From the NCBI GenBank assembly GCA_034658635.1, contig JAYEFL010000097.1, forward strand, positions 7,074 through 71,073: DNA of 64,000 nt, read 5' to 3'. The notes under the pieces were generated by a model that saw only the letters and a list, made by a program, of their open reading frames with translations, was not told the DNA's origin and did not search any database. How positions within the stretch are numbered: position 1 is the stretch's first letter; each line of letters starts with the position of its first letter. The translations under genes were made by a program, and so were the position numbers. Below, one piece after another: positions 48,337 to 57,245 of the stretch. This stretch comes from Bacteroidota bacterium. GTDB taxonomy: Bacteria > Bacteroidota > Bacteroidia > Bacteroidales > UBA12481.

Positions 48337-51300
48337 TTAGTGTATAACAGTCAGGGTTGAATTCCAATTTTTTCTCCCGTCTGAAACCTGGATAAAATAA
48401 AACCCATCAGGGAAATGCCGGGAGTTAATCTGGTAACTGTTATTATTATCCAAAGTTAAGGATTGTTTGAAAACTGTCTGACCGGAATAATTTCGAATAA
48501 AAATATCAATTTCTCCTTTCAGGATTCCCTCATAGATGATAGTTATCCAATCATGGGCAGGGTTAGGATAAAGCTTCCAACTGTTTGACTTATTCCAGGA
48601 TTTATCAAAGGAAGTATCCAGAACTGTAAATTCCCTGACCGTTTGATTATTTTGCTCTGATGATTCCGTTATTAGGTTACTTGCATCTGCAACAGCAATG
48701 AAATAGTAGCTTCGGGGCAAAGATTCCTCAGGAATTATATATGAGGAAATGAATTCCTCACTTTGACCACTTTGTAAAGTTCCGATTATATAGCTGTCAA
48801 TGATTTCGTCATTGAGATCAGCCTGGGTGTCATCTGACAAAAGAATCTTAAGCTCAGATTCTCCTGCTGTCCCTGTTTCCTGGTTTGTTACTACTGCCAC
48901 AATCCCAGCTACTTCTCCAGCTTTGTATTCCATCTTATCGGCACTCAGTTGAGCTATAAGATCTACTTCATTATATACGCTTAACTGACGGTATATCTGA
49001 TTATTTTCAGGATTACTGTCATTCTCCAGCTGTGCCGGGTCAGCATAAACATGCAAATAGTAGTTTGCTTCATTTGTTCCAACAGGAATCTCAACATTGT
49101 CATTAATCAGCCTTGTTTCTCCAGGAGCCATACTGACTATGCTAAGTGTGCCAAGCATCAGGTCAGATTCGTGAATATCAATAGTTTCTGATAAAATAAA
49201 ATATATGTTAAAATCAGGACTTGTCACAATTCCCAGATTGTCAACTGTGAAACTCAGATTCAGTAAGTTCCCATCCTTGATAAAATCAGGGGTCAAGTGT
49301 AAGTTAGTAAGTCTTATATCTTCCTGAGTCAGAACTTCTAAGCCAGTATAGTCTTCATTATTTGATTCGTTTGACTCTGGTACTGTTTCATTTCCATCTG
49401 AAAGGAATACCAAAAAATATTGCCCCGGGGCGATATCAGAAGTAACAGTAAAAGCATCATTGAAACTGAAATCTTCTCCCTGGGCAAGTCCAGGTATGTT
49501 GTAAGTCCTTATTGAAAGATCGTTTGAGTCGAAAGATCTGTCTTCTGACAAAGCAACTAATAATTCGCATTGAGCAGAAGTGCGGTTACCAATATTTGAA
49601 ATCAATGCAACAATATTGGTGTTTTGACCTGCTACAACTTGATCAGGATTTGATACAACATGAGTAATCTGCAAGTCGGGATATGAAGCACGAATATTTA
49701 TTGATCTGAAACTGATATTATTATCATCATGCACTTCCTCTATTTCATTTTCTTTATCAACAAAAACAAGAATGAAATATGCTCCTGTACTCAAATCATC
49801 AGGTATAGTTGCGGAATAAGCAAAGCTTTCTTGAGCCGATGGCTCAAGGCTTGAGACGCTAAAAGTACCAAGTTCTGTATCATTGGCATCGAAATTTGAA
49901 TCAGCTGAAAGAAAAATCCATGCATTTGTTGAGGCTCCGGTGTCTATGCCTTGGTTCTTAATGAACCCACTTATTTCAACGATAGATCCTGCATCAGCCG
50001 ACAGAGGAGCAATACTAAGGCTATGAACAATCAAATCAGGCAGGAACTCAACAATGTCTGCAGATACAAAGTTGCTTAATCCAGATTCACCATCAGGACC
50101 AGTATAAACGGCTGTCATGTAGTAGTTGTAGGTTCCGGTGGATAGCCCGGCATCACGGTAGGAAATTGTTGAAGGGTCATAAAGAATATCTAGCAAACTA
50201 CCATTACGGTATATTTTCAAAGCACTTAGCGTTGCTCCTCCATCCTCGGGTAAATCCCAATTCAAATCGATATAGTCTGCTCCTGAAGTGGCTGTGAGAT
50301 TTCTTGGTGGATTAAAGCTTAGAGTTGTGAAGCTAACATCAAAAGAAATTGTTGCGCCAGCTGATCCGATATTTGAAATATTCAAACCTCCTGGTGAGCC
50401 ATCCATTAAAAATGAAGAAGGAGTGGTGGCGTCATTTATTTCAGTTCTTCCAGTTCCTGAAGAATAATGAGCTGAATAGATACTGCCATTCTCAGTGCTT
50501 GTGCCATTTGGTCTGTATATATAGATTTCATCCGGTGGCCCATTAGCGTTTCCGTTGAGAGAGGCGTTGATGCGATATATTATTAATCCGTTACCTACTA
50601 CGCTTGTTTCAAATCGGCCTTCTGCTTTACGGTATTCAACAACAAAGAATTCGGACGAGTTTGGAGAACTAATTTTGTAAGCTGCAAAAGGATCTGATGC
50701 CAGAGATGATAGAGTGTAGGTACCTTCAGTTGTTATTTCAGGAATAGAACTGAACCATTCTCCATAGCGCATCTTCATATATGCACCCATGTGTTGGGGA
50801 GGTGTTCTGTTGTTAGACATGATATCCCAGGGTCCAACAGGTGTAATATCATTATCATCATACCTATACAGGTCAGGTGCACCAAGGCTGTGAAACATTT
50901 CATGACAAAGAACACTTACACCAAAGGCCTGCGATAATTGAAAGTTATAATTCCATACTCTGGCTCCTGAAATTCGTACATCAATGCTATATAATGCCCA
51001 CATATGAGGCCATAACAATTCTGCCCATCCTTCTGTGTTGCCTTGAATTATGTATGCTATGTTATCAACATAGCCATCATTGTCCAAATCGAAATCCAAA
51101 CCGGTTGCTTCGATTGCTGCAGTAACTGCTTCAGTTGCATTTTTAAGCAATGTATGTTCTCGTTCTTTCCTCTGAGTATCACCATCATAACCATTAGTAT
51201 TTGTTGTTGCATCATAGGTCTTGTAGTAAGATCTTTCATGAGAGTCCTGGTATGATACAACAGTTGATCCTCCGGTTTCAGGGAAAAGACTGGTGTTAAT

Positions 51301-51831
51301 GGTCAATTGATCATCTGAGACTTCCTTGAAGTACTCGTACATTGATACCATATTTTTGCCATTGAAGGCATCGTCATAATAACTTTTTTGAGTTGTATAT
51401 TCAGACTGATCACTAAACCTGATAAAGATTACAATATTATTCAAGGTTCCCGTTGTAGTAGTTCCATTAAAACCTTTAAGATTCGGAATGTGAAACTTGC
51501 TCCTGCGCATTTCAGCTACTTTGGATGACGATATATTAAGCTTGGGTCGCAATCCGGAATCAGATGGATAATGAATACCAGGGATTAGATTTGTAGGAAC
51601 TAATTCGTCATTTACAAGGTCAGCGTAAACAAAGAAGCCAGTATTCTTGTTCCGAATAATGGTGTAGTTCTCAGCATCGTGCAGCCAGTTATAGTATTCA
51701 TCTCCTGTAGCAAAACACTGAATAGTTGTTCCATCCGGTTGAGTAATTTCCTGAGGGACATTTTCTAAATATGCTGCCGATAATGACAAACTGTACATTA
51801 AAACTGCAAAAATAGCTAGTGAATATTTCAT
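48337..51831 (-). CDS. Secreted M6-like (immune-inhibitor-A-type) metalloprotease with four CARDB-like repeats and a T9SS type A C-terminal domain
   Basis: After a signal peptide comes the HExxH site LCHEMFHSLGAPDLY. Four repeats of about 105-110 aa each end in ...E(x)NN. The C-terminus is WKLYPNPAHDWITI...GFYFIQV (Por secretion tail). Confidence 0.8.
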   Translation of the reverse strand: MKYSLAIFAVLMYSLSLSAAYLENVPQEITQPDGTTIQCFATGDEYYNWLHDAENYTIIRNKNTGFFVYADLVNDELVPTNLIPGIHYPSDSGLRPKLNISSSKVAEMRRSKFHIPNLKGFNGTTTTGTLNNIVIFIRFSDQSEYTTQKSYYDDAFNGKNMVSMYEYFKEVSDDQLTINTSLFPETGGSTVVSYQDSHERSYYKTYDATTNTNGYDGDTQRKEREHTLLKNATEAVTAAIEATGLDFDLDNDGYVDNIAYIIQGNTEGWAELLWPHMWALYSIDVRISGARVWNYNFQLSQAFGVSVLCHEMFHSLGAPDLYRYDDNDITPVGPWDIMSNNRTPPQHMGAYMKMRYGEWFSSIPEITTEGTYTLSSLASDPFAAYKISSPNSSEFFVVEYRKAEGRFETSVVGNGLIIYRINASLNGNANGPPDEIYIYRPNGTSTENGSIYSAHYSSGTGRTEINDATTPSSFLMDGSPGGLNISNIGSAGATISFDVSFTTLSFNPPRNLTATSGADYIDLNWDLPEDGGATLSALKIYRNGSLLDILYDPSTISYRDAGLSTGTYNYYMTAVYTGPDGESGLSNFVSADIVEFLPDLIVHSLSIAPLSADAGSIVEISGFIKNQGIDTGASTNAWIFLSADSNFDANDTELGTFSVSSLEPSAQESFAYSATIPDDLSTGAYFILVFVDKENEIEEVHDDNNISFRSINIRASYPDLQITHVVSNPDQVVAGQNTNIVALISNIGNRTSAQCELLVALSEDRSFDSNDLSIRTYNIPGLAQGEDFSFNDAFTVTSDIAPGQYFLVFLSDGNETVPESNESNNEDYTGLEVLTQEDIRLTNLHLTPDFIKDGNLLNLSFTVDNLGIVTSPDFNIYFILSETIDIHESDLMLGTLSIVSMAPGETRLINDNVEIPVGTNEANYYLHVYADPAQLENDSNPENNQIYRQLSVYNEVDLIAQLSADKMEYKAGEVAGIVAVVTNQETGTAGESELKILLSDDTQADLNDEIIDSYIIGTLQSGQSEEFISSYIIPEESLPRSYYFIAVADASNLITESSEQNNQTVREFTVLDTSFDKSWNKSNSWKLYPNPAHDWITIIYEGILKGEIDIFIRNYSGQTVFKQSLTLDNNNSYQINSRHFPDGFYFIQVSDGRKNWNSTLTVIH

Positions 51832-51852
51832 ATGTGTTTAACAAATAAAAAC

Positions 51853-51877
51853 AAGGGAGGTTTCAATAACCTCCCTT
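51853..51877 (-). terminator. Rho-independent terminator after the M49-like gene
   Basis: AAGGGAGGTT-tcaat-AACCTCCCTT is a perfect 10-bp stem, followed on the minus strand by TTGTTTTT. Confidence 0.6.
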
Positions 51878-51908
51878 TAAGTTTTTTAATAATAAATAGA
51901 TAGATCGT

Positions 51909-53564
51909 CTATAAACCCAGAACTGCAACTCCCTGCTCGAAAACAATATCTTTTGGGATACCTTTTGCTTTCAGTCTGTCAAGATCGGCTTGGAGTTGGT
52001 CTTGTATGTATCCTTTTTCGTCCAAAATCTTTTTAGCTGCATCATAATCACCATTCCCCTGAATTACCAGTATGATGTTCGACAGGTCAAGCATGGCTTC
52101 ATACATAAGATCAAAGTTGACTCTGTAAGTTCCGGTTGCTTCATCACGAGTAAAGGCTCCTTTTTCCTGGAAATAATTAAAACGAACCATATTGGCCTTT
52201 CCATGAGAGCTTGTTGCCCCAAATCGAATTGAGCGAAAAATGCCTGCCATGAAAGTGGTGAAATTATCCATTAAATCTTTTTCTCCCATTTCTCCCATTT
52301 CGCTTAGCTTAGTTACCAGAAAAAGACCCAGGATATCAGCCTTACCTTCTTCAAAAGCTGAATATTGATTGCTGAGAGCTTTTCTTACAGATCCCTTTCC
52401 ATTTATAGTATTTTTAATTCCGATTCCATGACCAACTTCATGAAACATAGTGTTTTCGAAAAAGGCTTCAAAGGTGACATGTTTTCGCTGATCCTCAGCC
52501 ATTAGCTCGTTTGCAATTGGTATAAGAATTTTGTCAAATTTAGCCTGCATGGAGTTTTTCAGCTGAAGTTTTCGTGAGCCCTTTTCAAGGTGAACACGCT
52601 CATCATTCGGCAGGTTGATAGCAATAGTTTTGCTGCCGGCATTACAGTCTCCGCCGTAGTATATTACATCATAAACTCCAAGGTCTGAGCCGCTTCCCGG
52701 TACTTCACTTTTATATTCATCTGGAACTGGAAGAGAAGCCTGCAGACCAGGTAAAAGTGCTACAAATCTGTCAAGTTTCTGACTCCAGGCTGCATCCTTG
52801 ATTAAGACAAAAGATTCATGTGCTGCTTTGTGTCCGTATAGTGCATCTTCATAATTCTCAATAGGACCAACGACAAAATCGATAGTATTAGTTTTCATGT
52901 CCATCCATGCTAAATCGCTTGCCAGATAGTCATCAGTCAATAATGCTTCAGCCCTGAGTTTAAGATAATTCTTCAGTCCGTCATCTTCAGCCAGCTCTGC
53001 TGCTTGTTTAATTAGATTGACAGCTGTCTTAGTTTCTTCCTCAAAATATATATGGTATGGAATAGCTTTGAGGTTTCCATCCTGATCACGGCGGATCATT
53101 GTGTATAAAGATGTTTTTGAGGGATCATCCCAGGCTTCAAACTCTTCTTTATTCATGTCAGTTGGGTAAAACTGCGATCCCAGAGGTTTCTTGTCAAAGC
53201 CATCAATAAATGGAGTGTTTTCTTTGAGACGTTCCCAAGGACCATAGTTAATCATGGCAAATTGCTTTGTTGCAGGGTCCTCTAGCTTGCTAAAGAGTTC
53301 ATTTTTATCTCCATAAGCTTCCTGCCAATAAATCTGATCCATTACTTTTGCTGCCTGAATTAAGAGCGGGAGCATTTTTTTCTCAGATGCAGATAAAACA
53401 GACAGGTCTGTTATTAATTTAAATGTTGCAAATGCATCCACTTTATCCTGAATTATTTGATTAGCTGGTTCAGCTTGCTCATCTTTAGGTTGGCATGATG
53501 GCATCAGAAAAATGCTGATAGCTAATGTGCAGATTAATAATAGTTTATGTTTCATGACATTCAT
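51909..53564 (-). CDS. Zn-dependent hydrolase lipoprotein, DPP III (M49)-like
   Basis: It has a lipoprotein signal (LMPSC). The zinc motifs FHEVGHGIG and EEGKADILG resemble the two-motif HExxxH / EExxA(E/D) arrangement of the M49 family. Confidence 0.6.
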   Translation of the reverse strand: MNVMKHKLLLICTLAISIFLMPSCQPKDEQAEPANQIIQDKVDAFATFKLITDLSVLSASEKKMLPLLIQAAKVMDQIYWQEAYGDKNELFSKLEDPATKQFAMINYGPWERLKENTPFIDGFDKKPLGSQFYPTDMNKEEFEAWDDPSKTSLYTMIRRDQDGNLKAIPYHIYFEEETKTAVNLIKQAAELAEDDGLKNYLKLRAEALLTDDYLASDLAWMDMKTNTIDFVVGPIENYEDALYGHKAAHESFVLIKDAAWSQKLDRFVALLPGLQASLPVPDEYKSEVPGSGSDLGVYDVIYYGGDCNAGSKTIAINLPNDERVHLEKGSRKLQLKNSMQAKFDKILIPIANELMAEDQRKHVTFEAFFENTMFHEVGHGIGIKNTINGKGSVRKALSNQYSAFEEGKADILGLFLVTKLSEMGEMGEKDLMDNFTTFMAGIFRSIRFGATSSHGKANMVRFNYFQEKGAFTRDEATGTYRVNFDLMYEAMLDLSNIILVIQGNGDYDAAKKILDEKGYIQDQLQADLDRLKAKGIPKDIVFEQGVAVLGL

Positions 53565-53587
53565 TGTATGATGATAAGTTTGTAAAA

Positions 53588-54274
53588 TTAGTCAATATCA
53601 TCTGATCTGAACTGAAAACCCACTCTTTTTCCGGTTTTTAGCTTAGAATCGGAGATGCTTTTATGAATCTGCCCAACAGCGGCAAGTTTGACGTTATCAT
53701 AGGGTGGGACCAATAAATCAAAATCAAGACAATACTGTATTGCTGCGTAAACAATCTTTTCCATACTAGATCTATCAACCTCTTTTGATCCTAAGGTGGA
53801 GAATCCGAATCCTGTTTGCCTTTTACCCTGCACGAAAAAATGATTATCCTTGTTAATGAAAATACGGGCTATAAGATATCCAAGGTCTTCCGACCGGTTA
53901 TATTTGAAAGAATCAGCCAGGAAATTATAAACTGTAATAACACCAGAATAGCCAGCATCAAAATTATTCGCTACATATTTAGTCTTCCATATTTCATGAC
54001 TACGATCAAATTGAAAAATGTTACTGTGCATATTGAAAACTAGCATATCTCCAGCCACCTTGAGCTGAACATCGAATTCTCCATTTTGAGTGTATTTCAG
54101 AGAAATCCTCTCATTGGTACCCTTGATTTCCGCATTACACCTATCAGTTAAATCAGAGAGAACATCATTGAGAAGGTCAAAGGCATTTTTTGTATTATCA
54201 TAGACATCTTGCTTGAGTTTTGATTTGCCACTCAGGGTTTTGATAATATTTTGGTATTTCTCTTCCTTGTTCAT
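53588..54274 (-). CDS. Hypothetical cytoplasmic protein (228 aa) tightly linked to proS
   Basis: A clean ORF starting 3 nt after the proS stop. It has no signal peptide and no motif I recognise. Confidence 0.55.
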   Translation of the reverse strand: MNKEEKYQNIIKTLSGKSKLKQDVYDNTKNAFDLLNDVLSDLTDRCNAEIKGTNERISLKYTQNGEFDVQLKVAGDMLVFNMHSNIFQFDRSHEIWKTKYVANNFDAGYSGVITVYNFLADSFKYNRSEDLGYLIARIFINKDNHFFVQGKRQTGFGFSTLGSKEVDRSSMEKIVYAAIQYCLDFDLLVPPYDNVKLAAVGQIHKSISDSKLKTGKRVGFQFRSDDID

Positions 54275-54277
54275 TTC

Positions 54278-55750
54278 TTAATAGGCTTTTGCAAAGATTA
54301 CTCTTCCTTTTGAGGGTTTACCGGTTTTTATACAAGTACCTTCTTCTGAAGGTGTATCCATTGGTATACAACGTATTGTTGCTTTGGTTTGCTCTTGTAT
54401 AAGTTTTTCAGTCTCAGTGCTTCCATCCCAATGGGCTAAAACAAAGCCTCCATCATCCAGTCGTTCAAGAAACTCATCCCATGTATTTGCTTCTTTTGTA
54501 TTAGCCATTCTGAATTCCAGAGCTTTATTGAAAATACTATTCTGAATATCTTGCATTAGCTGGTCAATTCGCTCCGCTATGTTTTCCTGAGGATGCACTT
54601 CTTTTGTAAGTGTATCTCTACGTGCAACTTCGATAGTGCCATTTTGCAGATCTCTAGGACCAATAGCTAAACGAACCGGCACTCCCTTCAGTTCATATTC
54701 TGCAAATTTCCAACCAGGTTTATGGGTGTCGCGGTCATCAACCTTAACAGAAATTCCTTTCTCAAGGAGCTCCTTTTTAATTTGATGTGCCCGGTCAACT
54801 GTTTGCTCTCTTTCTTCAGGTTTTCTGTAGATTGGAATGATTACAGTTTGGAAAGGAGCAAGCTTTGGTGGCAGCACAAGACCATTGTCATCTGAATGTG
54901 CCATAATCAGAGCTCCGATCAAGCGTGAACTTACTCCCCAGGAAGTAGCCCAAACGTGTTCAGTCTTTCCTTCTTTGTTTGCATATTTGACATCAAAAGC
55001 CTTAGCGAAATTCTGCCCAAGGAAATGAGAAGTGCCAGCCTGCAATGCTTTACCATCTTGCATAAGTGCCTCAATACAAAATGTTTCAACTGCCCCGGCA
55101 AATTTTTCATTTTCAGTTTTGAGACCTTTAATTACTGGTATCCCAAGGTAATTTTCAGCAAAATCACTGTAAACATCCAGAATCTTTAAGGTTTCCTCAA
55201 CTGCTTCTTCTTTTGTAGCATGTGCTGTATGGCCTTCCTGCCACAAAAACTCAGTAGTTCTGAGAAAAAGTCGGGTGCGCATTTCCCAACGAACTACATT
55301 TGCCCATTGATTTATGAGCAATGGTAAATCCCGGTATGACTGAATCCAGTTTTTATATGTATTCCAGATGATCGTTTCGGAAGTTGGCCGGATGATTAAT
55401 TCCTCCTCCAACTTTGCCTTTTCATCCACAACAACACCTTTTCCATCAGGAGAATTTTTAAGTCTGTAATGAGTAACTACTGCACACTCCTTTGCAAATC
55501 CTTCAACATGATCTGCTTCTTTGCTAAAAAACGATTTAGGAATAAACAAGGGGAAGTAGGCATTGACATGACCAGTCTCTTTAAACATGCGGTCTAACTC
55601 AGCCTGCATTTTTTCCCATATAGCATAACCATATGGTTTAATAACCATACATCCTCTCACAGCGGAATTCTCTGCCATATCCGCTTTTATCACCAAATCA
55701 TTGTACCATTGTGCGTAATTCTCAGCACGTGGGGTTAAAACTTTTGCCAT
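54278..55750 (-). CDS. proS: Proline--tRNA ligase (archaeal/eukaryote-like type, no INS editing domain)
   Basis: 490 aa with class II motifs ([25 protein letters not shown]) and the C-terminal Zn-type domain ending ...FAKAY. Confidence 0.95.
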   Translation of the reverse strand: MAKVLTPRAENYAQWYNDLVIKADMAENSAVRGCMVIKPYGYAIWEKMQAELDRMFKETGHVNAYFPLFIPKSFFSKEADHVEGFAKECAVVTHYRLKNSPDGKGVVVDEKAKLEEELIIRPTSETIIWNTYKNWIQSYRDLPLLINQWANVVRWEMRTRLFLRTTEFLWQEGHTAHATKEEAVEETLKILDVYSDFAENYLGIPVIKGLKTENEKFAGAVETFCIEALMQDGKALQAGTSHFLGQNFAKAFDVKYANKEGKTEHVWATSWGVSSRLIGALIMAHSDDNGLVLPPKLAPFQTVIIPIYRKPEEREQTVDRAHQIKKELLEKGISVKVDDRDTHKPGWKFAEYELKGVPVRLAIGPRDLQNGTIEVARRDTLTKEVHPQENIAERIDQLMQDIQNSIFNKALEFRMANTKEANTWDEFLERLDDGGFVLAHWDGSTETEKLIQEQTKATIRCIPMDTPSEEGTCIKTGKPSKGRVIFAKAY

Positions 55751-55852
55751 TATCTGTTTTTTGGTATAGTATTTGCTTCTATCGTATGAAAATGATGATG
55801 CAAATTAAGGAAATATAATCCTATATTTAAAAACAAATTGGAGGATGTCGTT

Positions 55853-57160
55853 ATGAAAGCTGTTTATGTCAAATTACTGTTAGTCTTGCTGATAATCACC
55901 AGTTCTTGCGGAACTGGTATCTATATGACATCAGCATATGTTGATGATGCTTATTACAATCCGGCTAGTCAGCCGGTTGTGATAGAGAAGAGGGTAGTTG
56001 TTGAGAAACCTGTTCTGCAGGAAGCTGTTGAAGCTGTTGAAGCAGTTGAAGCAGTTGAGCCTGTTGCGGATGAGGAAGAATATATTGATGAACGTGAGTA
56101 TGTTCTTGTAGACTCTATTTCGGAAGAGTTCGTTGATGAAGAAGGGAATATAATTGTTAACAACCATTATTATTATGAGCCTGATGATGAACTCGACTAT
56201 TCCAGTCGGATTTATCGCTTTAATCGCCCGAATTATTCTTTCGGATATTACGACAATTGGTATTGGGATGATTATTACTGGAATAGTTTTAGGTACAGCC
56301 CATACAGTTATTATGGAGGGATGTCATATTACAATAGATATTATAGTCCCTGGTATAATTACGGGTATTACAATCCTTTTTATTACGGCAGTTATTACTC
56401 CTATGGTTATTCGCCATGGTACTCATACGACTATTACGGATATGGTTATGGATATGGCGGATATAGTTCTTATTCAAATAACTGGAATTCCTACCGTAGC
56501 AAAGACAATTACCACTATGGACATAGAAACAGCAGGGTAACTGATGGATCAAGCCTTATTGGTGGAGGCAGCATGACTAAATCTGAAATGGCAACTGCCA
56601 GGAGTGCAAGTAGTCCGAGAAGTCAGGGAAACGGACAGAAGAGTACAGGCATTATTGGTCAGAACACTTCACGATCTGTTGCTCAAAATAAAACAGCCGA
56701 TCGAAGTCCTAGTAAAAGAACTTCCTATTCATCAACACGGTCAGGAAGCTCTTATGCCCGTCCACCTGTAAAAACTTCTGGCAGAACTTCAAGAGATATC
56801 AGTACTGCAAATACATCAAGATCCACTTATACAAGGCCTAAGACTTCATCAAATATAAGTACTTCTGGTAGCTCATACAGGAGTTCAGGCAGAAGTACCA
56901 GTAAGCAGGGGTCAAGCTACAACAGCAGTTCCGGAACAAGCAGATCTTCGTCATACAGAAGCTCTAGTTCTGGTTCAAGTTATAGAAGTTCTTCTTCAGG
57001 ATCCAGCTATCGTTCTTCTGGCAGCTCATCTGTTTCAAGGAGTTCAGGGTCATCAGTTGGAAGGTCATCGACTGGCAGTAGTTCTTCCAGGTCATCCGGA
57101 AGCAGTGGATCATCAAGATCCTCAGGCTCCAGTTCAAGCTCCAGGGGTGGTAGAAGATAA
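55853..57160 (+). CDS. Predicted lipoprotein built almost entirely of low-complexity zones (acidic / Tyr-rich / Ser-Arg-rich)
   Basis: I prefer the start MKAVYVKLLLVLLIITSSCG, which has a lipobox-like SSC. It is followed by (EAV)n and a D/E-rich segment, then about 120 aa dominated by Y, G, S, N and W, then about 190 aa of S/R/G/T ending SSSSSRGGRR. Confidence 0.7.
   Translation: MKAVYVKLLLVLLIITSSCGTGIYMTSAYVDDAYYNPASQPVVIEKRVVVEKPVLQEAVEAVEAVEAVEPVADEEEYIDEREYVLVDSISEEFVDEEGNIIVNNHYYYEPDDELDYSSRIYRFNRPNYSFGYYDNWYWDDYYWNSFRYSPYSYYGGMSYYNRYYSPWYNYGYYNPFYYGSYYSYGYSPWYSYDYYGYGYGYGGYSSYSNNWNSYRSKDNYHYGHRNSRVTDGSSLIGGGSMTKSEMATARSASSPRSQGNGQKSTGIIGQNTSRSVAQNKTADRSPSKRTSYSSTRSGSSYARPPVKTSGRTSRDISTANTSRSTYTRPKTSSNISTSGSSYRSSGRSTSKQGSSYNSSSGTSRSSSYRSSSSGSSYRSSSSGSSYRSSGSSSVSRSSGSSVGRSSTGSSSSRSSGSSGSSRSSGSSSSSRGGRR
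56021..56065 (+). repeat. In-frame 9-bp tandem repeat, 5 units, encoding (EAV)4-EPV
   Basis: The units are gaagctgtt gaagctgtt gaagcagtt gaagcagtt gagcctgtt, read directly from the sequence. Confidence 0.9.
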
Positions 57161-57245
57161 TTCATGGTATTCAAACCGGTCTGATGAAGTCTGGTAATGC
57201 CCTAACTATATAGTAATCAATAATAGAACAATTAATTCAAGTATA

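Noticed and set aside
56154-56540. A 128-aa plus-strand ORF and several minus-strand ORFs (55931..56167, 55969..56163, 56289..56552) overlap the low-complexity lipoprotein gene.
   Set aside because: They are alternate-frame and antisense read-throughs of the repetitive Tyr- and Ser-codon-rich sequence. They produce I/T/M-rich or N/R-rich nonsense, have no start context, and lie entirely within a longer ORF that has a proper lipoprotein signal.
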